Assembly (NCBI GenBank): GCA_965215005.1
Contig: CBDCCZ010000018.1
Location: forward strand, 224,001-288,000
DNA length: 64,000 bases
Origin: Kofleriaceae bacterium
GTDB lineage: Bacteria > Myxococcota_A > Polyangia > Haliangiales > Haliangiaceae
Direction of reading: 5' to 3'
The stretch's first letter is position 1, and every line of letters starts with the position of its first letter. The notes under the pieces were generated by a model that saw only the letters and a program-made list of their open reading frames with translations, searched no databases and was not told where the DNA came from. The position numbers were made by a program, and so were the translations under genes. Below, piece after piece: positions 18,940 through 27,201 of the stretch.

Positions 18940-20940
18940 CTAGAAGATCCTCTCGAGTCCTGGGAACAAGCTAATGAGGAGCGACTCCGACCGAACCTCG
19001 ATGTCGACGGTGGCTGCCATCCCGTGATGAAAACGATGGGTGACGCCGTCGATCACGAATCCTTCGCTCGGCAACGCCACCCGCACGAACACCACCGCGG
19101 TGGTGATCGGAACGGCGTCGCCGAGCAGGCTGCCGAGACGACGAGCAGCCGCCCCCGGACCAAGCGCCTCATCGCCAACTTCGACGATCGGCAGCTCGAG
19201 ACGAACACCGCGATGGCCAGCAAGGGAAACACGGGCGCGATCGCCAAGCTCGATGAGAGGACGACGAGCGGCGGGAATGGCCGCCAAGACGCTCATTTCG
19301 GGGTCGGCAGCGACAACGGAGAGGATGGGCGCGCCGGCGGCGACGGTAGCTCCGCTGCGCAAGAGCACTTCGCCGGCCACGCCCGAACGAGGAGCGCGAA
19401 TCGAGTGTCGCTCTACCGCGCGTTCGGCCTGCTCACGCCGTGCACTCAGCTCCACGAGTGCCTGGCCTGCAACCGCGTCTCGCGGATCCATGAGACGCTC
19501 GATGAGGCGACGGTCGAACTGATGCTGGAGCGCGGCAAGCTCGGCTCGGGCACCCTCGTCGCGCAACTGCGCGACCACCTGCCCTGCTTGCACGCGCTCG
19601 CCCGGTTCGACGACGACAGCTTCGAGAACGCCGCTTAGCTCGGCAAGCGCGTCGCTGCGCTCATCAGCGACGACGACGGCAACGCCGCTCGCATACTCGC
19701 CGACCCGACCGACGCATAGATAGACCGCCGCGGCGGCGAAGAACGCGACGATGATCCAGTAGACGATGTTGACCCACGGTGAGTGCACGCGAACAACGTG
19801 CCCGCGGTCCCGCCGGCGCCGGTGCGCGTCGATCGCCTCAGGTCGAAACACGCTGGCTTCGGAGGCGACCGGTTGCGCCTCCAGCCCCCAGGAAAGCGCA
19901 TCGAGGAGAGGCCCACAGGCGGCGGCGAAATCGGCCGCGATGGCACGTTCGCGCGCATCGAAAGGAGCGCCACGCCCGTCTCTAGCCGCGATCCACACCG
20001 CGTGGAGCTCTTCGGCGCCATGGACCGGCTGCACCAGTAGCCGCGCCTTTGGGCCGAGGCCGAGGTCGTCGACCGCCGCGCAATATTGCGGCGCATCACC
20101 GGCCCGTTCGACCGCAAGGCAAACGCCTCGCCGGAGCGCCTCGCCAGCGAGACCGAGCAGGCCCTCGACCTCGAAATCATCACCGGGCTCATCTGCCTCG
20201 TACGCCAGAGTTGCTGCCTCCGCATCGACATAGAGACAACGCGCGCGATCGGCATCGATCAGTTGGGCGAGCTCACGGGCCATGACGCCGCTGCTGTCGC
20301 GCGTGCTTGGCTGCATCGCGACACGCCGCAGCGCAGCGCCGATCTTACCGCGGCCCCGGTCGGCTGGCGGTACCGCATCCACAGCCGTGGGGCTCCATTC
20401 TGCAACCGGGTCGACGCGCACCAGCGGCGCAGTGGGCTGCTCGGCGATCGGTAGCAGCTCGAGTGGGTTTGCGCTGGGGGCCGATGGCCACGATCTCGCT
20501 GCCGCGATGGCGCCGGCACCTGCCACTTGGCCGAACGGTGGGGACGGCTGTCTCACGCTTGGGAGTCCGCTAGAATCCATCCCGCGGTCGCTTGCGGCTT
20601 CGAGCAACGCGCTGCGAAGCGCGTGCGGCGACAAACTCCGGGACAACGGCCGCGCGCGCCGGGAGGGAAGCACCCCAGCAGCGTCGATGAGCGCGAACAC
20701 CGGGCCACACTGCCGCGTGCACAACCACTCAATCAGCGCTGCAGCGTGCTCGGTGGGCGCGCCGACGACGATGGCGTTGAACCCACGCTGACCGACAGCG
20801 GCAACGGCTTGCGCGGCGGTCTCGACGCCAACGACCTCACACGGCGCGAGGCGCTCGCGTAGCCACGACCAGGTTCTTTCGTCAGCGTCGCACACCAGAA
20901 ACGAAGCGAGCGGAGCCGGTGGTCGCGCCGGACGAGCCAT
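18940..20940 (-). CDS. HlyD-family secretion adaptor fused to N-terminal receiver-like and GAF domains
   Basis: N-terminal FLVCDAD...VETAAQAV...IVVG (REC-like); GAF pattern (ADRARCLYVD...GLAG...DAPQY...LLVQPV...PFDARERAIA); SVFRPEAID, TM helix, VEPGERVQAGQVV, IRAPRSGV, GMAATVDIEV; its stop abuts the PCAT ATG. Confidence 0.8.
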   Translation of the reverse strand: MARPARPPAPLASFLVCDADERTWSWLRERLAPCEVVGVETAAQAVAAVGQRGFNAIVVGAPTEHAAALIEWLCTRQCGPVFALIDAAGVLPSRRARPLSRSLSPHALRSALLEAASDRGMDSSGLPSVRQPSPPFGQVAGAGAIAAARSWPSAPSANPLELLPIAEQPTAPLVRVDPVAEWSPTAVDAVPPADRGRGKIGAALRRVAMQPSTRDSSGVMARELAQLIDADRARCLYVDAEAATLAYEADEPGDDFEVEGLLGLAGEALRRGVCLAVERAGDAPQYCAAVDDLGLGPKARLLVQPVHGAEELHAVWIAARDGRGAPFDARERAIAADFAAACGPLLDALSWGLEAQPVASEASVFRPEAIDAHRRRRDRGHVVRVHSPWVNIVYWIIVAFFAAAAVYLCVGRVGEYASGVAVVVADERSDALAELSGVLEAVVVEPGERVQAGQVVAQLRDEGARAELAALQHQFDRRLIERLMDPRDAVAGQALVELSARREQAERAVERHSIRAPRSGVAGEVLLRSGATVAAGAPILSVVAADPEMSVLAAIPAARRPLIELGDRARVSLAGHRGVRLELPIVEVGDEALGPGAAARRLGSLLGDAVPITTAVVFVRVALPSEGFVIDGVTHRFHHGMAATVDIEVRSESLLISLFPGLERIF

Positions 20941-20951
20941 GCAGCGGCCCT

Positions 20952-20968
20952 TTGCACCGGTCGTGCCT
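20952..20968 (-). promoter_or_regulatory. Putative sigma54 promoter of the export operon
   Basis: Minus strand AGGCACGACCGGTGCAA (GG-N10-GC), 15/17 identical to the site at 25565-25581. Confidence 0.7.
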
Positions 20969-21110
20969 CGCTAGATGTCGTGTGATTTCGCTCGCCAAGC
21001 GCGAAACGTGACTGCGCGGCGTTGCCGGCTCGCAACGACTGTAGGCGCGCGGCGACGCCCACTGCGCGCGCCAACGACGAGCGGTATAGTCTTTGCTCAT
21101 TGCGGTCGCG

Positions 21111-24100
21111 ATGCGATGGGAGTCCCCGAAAGGACGCGTAACTGCTGAAGAGCTGGCCGAAACTGTAGCTACCTCGGATACACAAGGTGTAACCAAAGAC
21201 CCAGGTCAGGGTCATCATCCCCCGCCGGACCTACCTAATCCTGGGGATCGGGTCGGCCGCTACCGGCTGGGCTCGGTCATCGGTAGCGGCGGCATGGGCT
21301 GCGTGATGCGCGCCGAGCACGTCGATCTAGGTCGCCAGGTGGCGATCAAGTTCATGCTCACAGCCAAAGAGCAGGCCGAGGCAAACGTCGTGCGCTTCTT
21401 TCGCGAAGCACAGCTCGTCAACCGCATTCGCCACCCGCACGTCGTCGACGTCACCGATATCGACTGGCTACCCAGCGGCGCCGTCTACATCGTCATGGAG
21501 CTGCTGCACGGGCGCTGCCTGCAACGGGCGATCAGCACCGGACCACTGCCGCTGGGTCTCATTCAACGCATCGCGCACCAGTCGGCGGCGGCGCTATCGG
21601 CGGTGCACGCGGCGGGCATCATTCATCGCGACATCAAGCCCGGCAATTTGTTTCTCTGTGATGATCAGGCTGAACCACACCTAAAGATCCTCGACTTTGG
21701 TGTCGCCAAGCTCGGGGCCGACAGCGTTGCAAAGGCAGACGTTCTCACCGTGGCGGGCGGAGTCGTCGGCACGGTCGCCTACATGGCTCCAGAACAAGCA
21801 CGCGCTGAAGAACTCGATGCCCGCGCCGACCTGTTCTCGCTCGCTGCGACGCTCTACGAAGCAGCCACCGGATATCGGCCGTTTCGCAGTCATGCGCTCG
21901 GCGCGTTGGTCCACGAGCACACCACGTACGTGCCGCCGCGGCTTTCACAGGTTTTAGGCGCCGGCGTCGTGCCGGCGGCCCTCGATGAGACCATCGCCAG
22001 TGCGCTTCAGGTCGATCCCCACCGACGCCCCCCCTCCGCCGCCGCATTTGCCGATGCGCTCTCCGGATCCACCCCGCCAGCACGCTCGCTATCGCTGCCG
22101 GCGCCTCGGCCGCGGGCTGCCCGTAGCTCCCGACACACCGCAGTCGCCGTATGCCTTCACGCGCATGGCGCTGGGGCGGCGTTACGTGCGATCGCCGAGG
22201 CCACCGAGGCTGCCGGCGGGCTCGTGCTCGAGCGAAAGGCGAGCGCGCTCACCGCACTATTCGGAGTTCCCGACGTCGACAGCAGCACGTTTGCCCGCGC
22301 GCTCGAGGTTGCCGAAAGCGTTCGCGACGTGAGCATCGTGCTCGAGCTCGGTCGTGTGCGGGTCCGGCGAGCTCCCACAGGCATCGTGGCGACAGGCTCG
22401 CTGCTCACGCGGCTAGCGCGGCTAGCTAGCATCACGTGCCCAGGCCTGCGACTTGGTCCCAACGCGCACCGCTGGGTGTATCCGCTCGCGAGCGGTGATG
22501 CCGAGATGCCGCGGCCCGACGCACGGCCATCGCATCACGGTGAGCTCGTTCGTATGGTCAGCGCCGCTCTGGCTGGCGATGACACCGCCTGCCACATCGT
22601 CATCGACGGGCCGCCAGGCGCGGGCACTACCTACAGCTTGCATACGGCGCGGGAGAAATTCGACGCCTCGGCCCGGTGGCACGCCGCTCGCGCGCGACCG
22701 GGCGATCGCGGTTTCTACGCCACTCTGACGCACCTCGTCCCTGCCCTGGCCGAGCAGCTGCGGGCAGCGCCGACGCGACACGATGAACGAATTGATGCGT
22801 GGCTAACCGCGGAGGTGAGCTCCGGGCCGTTGGTCATTGCCCTCGATGACGCCGAATACGCCGATGAAGCCAGCATGGCGACGCTGCGGCGCCTCGCGGA
22901 GCTCGGCCGTGGAAAGCCGATTGCCGTGATCGTGGCGGGTCACCAACTCGACCACGACGGCGGTCAGCGACTCTCACTCGAGCCGCTCGCCGACCGCGCA
23001 GCAACGCAGCTCGCCGCCGCCCTCGCTCCAGCGGCCTCACGCGCCGAGATTGATGCGGTCGTAGCACGCGCAGCGGGCTGTGCTCGTTACGTCGTCGAGC
23101 TCGCGCGAGACCTCGATGCGAATGGCTCCGGCGCCGAAGAGTCAGCAACATCCCCGGCGCTCGAGCTGGCGACACGAGCGCATCTCGACGCCATGCTTCC
23201 CCACGCCCGACGCATCTACGAAATCGTAGCGATTGCGCAACAGGCGGGCTGGGCGGAGCTATTGGTCGCGCTGGCCGTCGCCCGCGGCTCGACCGCCGAC
23301 GAGGCACGCGAAGCGCTCTGGGAGCTCGAGGAGTGCGGCGCGATCGTGGCGGCGGAGGACGGACCTGCGACTTCTGAGCGATTCGTCGCCGCTGTGCCGG
23401 TTCTCGCCGAGACGGCGTATCGCGAGCTCAGCAGCGAACAGCGCCGCGCCCTGCACCTCGATTTGGCCACCCGCCTCGAAGCGGAGGGTGAGGCCGAAGC
23501 AGTTCCCGCAATTCCGTCTTTGCTCGCCGCGGCCCGCCAGTATGCTGCCGCTGGCGCCATCGATCACGCCGCTCGCTGCGACCGCCGCGCAGGGGCCGCA
23601 CTGCTGGCCGCCGGCGATCATCGCGGTGCGCACGCTGCACTGGTGCGCGCCATCGACGCCAGCGCGCCGTCGAGCGAGCTGCTCGAACAAGCCGGCGACG
23701 CGGCGATGGTTGCCGCCGGTCTGGACGCTGCGCAAGACCTCTATGCGCGGGCCCTCGACCTATCGGAACCCGACGAGCTCACCCGCGCACGCCTATGGCG
23801 CAAGCTCGGCGACTGCGCGACCCAGCGTGGAGACAACGCTGTGGCGGCGGCGTACTACGAGCGGGGGATTGCAGCGCTGGCTCCCGATGGCGAGCTCACG
23901 CCGAGAGCAGAAGCCGACGCGGTGACCGCGGCAGAGCTTTACGCCGCGCTGGGATGGCTGCGCGGCTATCAGCTCGGCGATTTCGAGATTGGCTCGCAAC
24001 TCGGAGCTCGCGCGCTCGAGCTATTGGAGGGAACCGAGCACCAGCAGGCGCTCGCGCACGCTTTGTCGCGGTTGGGTGGCTGCTACATGCGAGGGGGGCG

Positions 24101-24797
24101 CTACGCGGAACAGCTCGCGTGCAACGAGCGGACTCTCGAGGTGTCCATCGGCCTCGGTGATACCTGGATGGAGATGATCGCTCGACTCAACCTCGGAATT
24201 ACCTACTTGACCACCGGAAGGATTACCGAAGCGCGCGCTCAAACCACCCGCGCCTTGGCAATGGCGCGACGCACCGACTCGGTTCGCGTCGAAACCGTGG
24301 CCACCAACAACCTTGGCGCCATCGAGCTCGAAGCCGGAGATCCGTATCGCGCACTCGCTCACTTTGAACGCGCCGCAGAGCTGGTGCTCCGCTCGGGTTA
24401 CCGCTCGGTGCTACCAGAGCTCCACCGCGTCCGCGCTCGCGCCTACGCAGCCATAAACGATCTCCACCGCGCCAACCGCGACGCCCGACGCAGCCGCGCG
24501 CTAGCAACGCAACTCGAGGCCAGCTTCGAGGCCGGGCTTGCCGCGCGCGTGTTGGCGCTGATCGCGCTCCGGCTCGACAACCCGCAGCGGGCGAGCGCGT
24601 TACTCGACGAAGCGGCGGCACAAATCGGCACGCGCGACCCGCTCGAGTGCGCCAGGCTGAGCGTCGCGCGGGCGCTGCTTGCGCGCGCGGAGGGCGCCCC
24701 CGACGCCGATGACCAACTCGCCGCCGCGCACTCCGAGCTCGAGCGCCTCGGCCTCGCCCATGAGATCGCCGCGTTTGCAGCCAACAGCATCCGCTGA
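21111..24797 (+). CDS. Ser/Thr protein kinase with degenerate cyclase-like, P-loop (STAND-like) and TPR domains
   Basis: GSGGMG, VAIK, HRDIKPGN, DFG, YMAPE; ALFGVP cyclase-like segment; DGPPGAGTT and IALDD; TPR-rich C-terminus; start uncertain (21093 TTG or 21111 ATG). Confidence 0.88.
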   Translation: MRWESPKGRVTAEELAETVATSDTQGVTKDPGQGHHPPPDLPNPGDRVGRYRLGSVIGSGGMGCVMRAEHVDLGRQVAIKFMLTAKEQAEANVVRFFREAQLVNRIRHPHVVDVTDIDWLPSGAVYIVMELLHGRCLQRAISTGPLPLGLIQRIAHQSAAALSAVHAAGIIHRDIKPGNLFLCDDQAEPHLKILDFGVAKLGADSVAKADVLTVAGGVVGTVAYMAPEQARAEELDARADLFSLAATLYEAATGYRPFRSHALGALVHEHTTYVPPRLSQVLGAGVVPAALDETIASALQVDPHRRPPSAAAFADALSGSTPPARSLSLPAPRPRAARSSRHTAVAVCLHAHGAGAALRAIAEATEAAGGLVLERKASALTALFGVPDVDSSTFARALEVAESVRDVSIVLELGRVRVRRAPTGIVATGSLLTRLARLASITCPGLRLGPNAHRWVYPLASGDAEMPRPDARPSHHGELVRMVSAALAGDDTACHIVIDGPPGAGTTYSLHTAREKFDASARWHAARARPGDRGFYATLTHLVPALAEQLRAAPTRHDERIDAWLTAEVSSGPLVIALDDAEYADEASMATLRRLAELGRGKPIAVIVAGHQLDHDGGQRLSLEPLADRAATQLAAALAPAASRAEIDAVVARAAGCARYVVELARDLDANGSGAEESATSPALELATRAHLDAMLPHARRIYEIVAIAQQAGWAELLVALAVARGSTADEAREALWELEECGAIVAAEDGPATSERFVAAVPVLAETAYRELSSEQRRALHLDLATRLEAEGEAEAVPAIPSLLAAARQYAAAGAIDHAARCDRRAGAALLAAGDHRGAHAALVRAIDASAPSSELLEQAGDAAMVAAGLDAAQDLYARALDLSEPDELTRARLWRKLGDCATQRGDNAVAAAYYERGIAALAPDGELTPRAEADAVTAAELYAALGWLRGYQLGDFEIGSQLGARALELLEGTEHQQALAHALSRLGGCYMRGGRYAEQLACNERTLEVSIGLGDTWMEMIARLNLGITYLTTGRITEARAQTTRALAMARRTDSVRVETVATNNLGAIELEAGDPYRALAHFERAAELVLRSGYRSVLPELHRVRARAYAAINDLHRANRDARRSRALATQLEASFEAGLAARVLALIALRLDNPQRASALLDEAAAQIGTRDPLECARLSVARALLARAEGAPDADDQLAAAHSELERLGLAHEIAAFAANSIR

Positions 24798-24887
24798 TCT
24801 CTCATATTACTACTGGTCCAAAGAGCACCTAGCGCTAGCGCGGCACGAAGCGAGGCTCCAGACGGCATGTTCTCGCAAATAGGGCTA

Positions 24888-24914
24888 ATGCCCTCGCACT
24901 AAGCGCGAGGGCAT
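24888..24914. terminator. Stem-loop between the convergent kinase and peptide genes
   Basis: Perfect 10-bp inverted repeat ATGCCCTCGC / GCGAGGGCAT with a 7-nt loop; U-tract weak. Confidence 0.55.
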
Positions 24915-24931
24915 CAAAGGACAGATTTCTT

Positions 24932-25138
24932 TTAGAACTTGCCGCCGCTGTAGAGGCCAGTACCGGTAACTTCGAAGTGAGCTTCCGCCGCCCGGCCGTG
25001 AGCCGCGAACGCCTCGCCACGGTTGTCCCACGCCCAGTCAGCCGCGCCCGTGATCGCTTCGCTAGCCGCGAGCTCGAGCAAGAACCTACCGACACCTCCG
25101 CCGGCGACATTTACAGTATTCAGATCGATGGTCTTCAT
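24932..25138 (-). CDS. Putative double-glycine-leader precursor peptide A (68 aa, bacteriocin-like)
   Basis: MKTIDLNTVNVAGG|GVGRFLLELAASEAITGAADWAWDNRGEAFAAHGRAAEAHFEVTGTGLYSGGKF; GGGAG RBS; downstream hairpin; near a PCAT. Confidence 0.72.
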   Translation of the reverse strand: MKTIDLNTVNVAGGGVGRFLLELAASEAITGAADWAWDNRGEAFAAHGRAAEAHFEVTGTGLYSGGKF

Positions 25139-25202
25139 TGCTATCTCCCGTTCCTTTAGAAGGTTTGAGCCGCGACACATTCGCGACGTTGACCAAAGCC
25201 TT

Positions 25203-25218
25203 TGCGAACAACGGACCA
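25203..25218 (-). promoter_or_regulatory. Possible sigma54 promoter of precursor A
   Basis: Minus strand TGGTCCGTTGTTCGCA, GG-N10-GC; weaker match to consensus. Confidence 0.45.
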
Positions 25219-25564
25219 ATCGCCTACCTCGTAAACATCAGTCGTCCCGTCCCCTCCCTCCAGACTCGATGTTGCCCGCAAGCCTCAGATGTCGCCAGCC
25301 GATGACGTAAATGAGAGTCTGCACCGGATGCGTGATGAATAGTCCCTTCTCCTTATTAACGCGTGATTATGAAATTCGACTGGATCCTCAAACGGGCATA
25401 CGAGTGGTCTACGAATCTTCAGCCTTGGGCGAGGTGAATGGTGACGGCACGCACTGGCGCCGTCTCACCTATCGCGAGTTGCCAGGCGGCGACAGTCCGT
25501 CGCTCACCTGCAACATCCCACGCCGCTAGAACGGCTAGAGGGGCTTACGAATAGGCATTTCGCC

Positions 25565-25581
25565 TGGCACAACCGGTGCAA
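25565..25581 (+). promoter_or_regulatory. Putative sigma54 promoter of the precursor B-JmjC operon
   Basis: TGGCACAACCGGTGCAA, close to the TGGCAC-N5-TTGCA consensus, about 40 nt upstream of the ATG. Confidence 0.75.
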
Positions 25582-25622
25582 TCCCCCAACTCGTTCAATC
25601 CACACCTTCAGAGGAGTAAACT

Positions 25623-25838
25623 ATGAAGAACCAGCGAAAGTCTCTCTCTCTCCAAGATCGCGCGCAGCTCCACGATGCCGCGCTCGATACCGTCTCCGGT
25701 GGCACGACGATGCCGCGCATGCCACCGGTCGGTCCAGAGCCGTTTCCGTGGGGCATCATCATCGAGCCTCCTCCGACTGGAGGGCTGCCGTTCCCCACGC
25801 CTCCCGGATTTCCCTACGGCATACCGGGACTGGGCTAA
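25623..25838 (+). CDS. Double-glycine-leader precursor peptide B with proline-rich core (71 aa)
   Basis: GAGGAG RBS; leader ends LHDAALDTVSGG (L-12, L-7, V-4, GG); core TTMPRMPPVGPEPFPWGIIIEPPPTGGLPFPTPPGFPYGIPGLG. Confidence 0.82.
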   Translation: MKNQRKSLSLQDRAQLHDAALDTVSGGTTMPRMPPVGPEPFPWGIIIEPPPTGGLPFPTPPGFPYGIPGLG

Positions 25839-25841
25839 CCG

Positions 25842-27080
25842 ATGGTCGCGGGTTCGTCCGTCGGAGCTCGAGAAGCGCACGATGAGGCTCCGGCGGCGGC
25901 CCTCGCCGCCCTGTTCGGTAGCGACGGCGCACGAGCTTTCGCCGGCCCACATTGGCCGCATCACCCGTTCGTCGTCCATCGCACGCTCTCGCAGCTGCCG
26001 AGCGCACTGCGGGCACCGCTGCTACTCGACCCGCGCGCCCTTGCTGCCGTCTACCGCGGCACCGTCGAGGTAACGAACGGTCGCGCGGGCCAATTTCGCC
26101 TCAGCGGCGTCGATCCGAATGTCTACTTTGAAGTATTAGGCCTTGCGACTCGCTTTAGCGAGCTCCAGCAATACGTGCCCCAAGCAGCATCGTACTTGCG
26201 CGAGCTCGAGGCCGCCCTGGGCGCGCCGAATGGCTGCGCGAGCCTTCATGCGTTTGTTAATCCGGCTCATGTGGGTCTCGCCGCGCACTGCGATCCGGCG
26301 GAGCATATCGCTGTGCAACTCGCCGGCAAGAAGCGGTTCAAGGTGCTGCGCAACGAGGTTCCCTATGCGGCAGTCTCCCATGGTGCTCGTCGCCCCCCTT
26401 CACGCCGCACACTAGCGACGATTGGTGGTCATCTGCCGCGCTGGGAGCGACTTCCCGAGACCGCAGAGACCATTGACCTCGAGCCGGGCTCGGTCCTATT
26501 CATGCCGCGCGGCACGTATCACGAGACTCTCGGCGGTGAAGGCGAGCCATCCGTCACGCTCGTCATTCAACTCGCAGTTCCCAGTGCAGCAGACGTCTTC
26601 TTAGACTATCTACGCGACTATTTGGCGCAGGCAACACCTTGGCGCCAGCCGCTCTTACACACCTGGCGCGGCGCCTCTCCGGCCGCACAGGCGCACCTTC
26701 GAGACAGTCTCGATGACCTTGCCGAGCGACTCCTCCGCCTATCGCCTCAACAAATGATCGATGCGCGCTCTCCTGCACTCACGCTCGATTACGCACGATT
26801 GGTTCGCGCGCCGGGCGTCGAGGTCCGCGTCACAATCGACGACGACCAAATGTGCGTCCAGTTCGTAGCCGACGATCGCAGAGCCAGCGCCCCGGTCGAG
26901 CTGGCAGCCGAGCTGAGCAGCGTCTTCGACTGGCTGCTCGCACAAACCGACCCATTCTCGCTCGCGGCCGCGCAACAGGCCCTCCCAGAGTGGGAGCCGG
27001 ACGCTATCGAGGCAGTGGCGCAGTTTCTGCTCGCGCGTGGTGCGTTGCTCTCGCTTCCCATCGAGCCGTTCAATGCGTAA
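25842..27080 (+). CDS. JmjC/cupin-4 Fe(II)/2-oxoglutarate oxygenase (RoxA/YcfD-like) with C-terminal winged-helix
   Basis: LAAHCD (HxD), QLAGKKRF, LEPGSVLFMPRGTYHET (distal His); starts 3 nt after the precursor B stop. Confidence 0.88.
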   Translation: MVAGSSVGAREAHDEAPAAALAALFGSDGARAFAGPHWPHHPFVVHRTLSQLPSALRAPLLLDPRALAAVYRGTVEVTNGRAGQFRLSGVDPNVYFEVLGLATRFSELQQYVPQAASYLRELEAALGAPNGCASLHAFVNPAHVGLAAHCDPAEHIAVQLAGKKRFKVLRNEVPYAAVSHGARRPPSRRTLATIGGHLPRWERLPETAETIDLEPGSVLFMPRGTYHETLGGEGEPSVTLVIQLAVPSAADVFLDYLRDYLAQATPWRQPLLHTWRGASPAAQAHLRDSLDDLAERLLRLSPQQMIDARSPALTLDYARLVRAPGVEVRVTIDDDQMCVQFVADDRRASAPVELAAELSSVFDWLLAQTDPFSLAAAQQALPEWEPDAIEAVAQFLLARGALLSLPIEPFNA

Positions 27081-27201
27081 CTCACGCACCATTCAAACGT
27101 GCGCCCGTTTAGCGGTTTCGCTCGGCCCCGTCGTTTTCAGCACGAACCGCGATGAGTAGATAGCCTACCGTGCGCCGCTCGAAACCTAGACGAACAGAAA
27201 C

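Noticed and set aside
25020..25045. WAW in precursor A as a darobactin/triceptide-type core
   Set aside because: No SPASM radical SAM maturase in the locus; the only radical SAM in the window is the distant DNA-repair type
25311..25529. 72-aa ORF between the two precursors as a third peptide or immunity gene
   Set aside because: No GG leader, RBS or recognisable motif; more likely regulatory spacer, though not excluded
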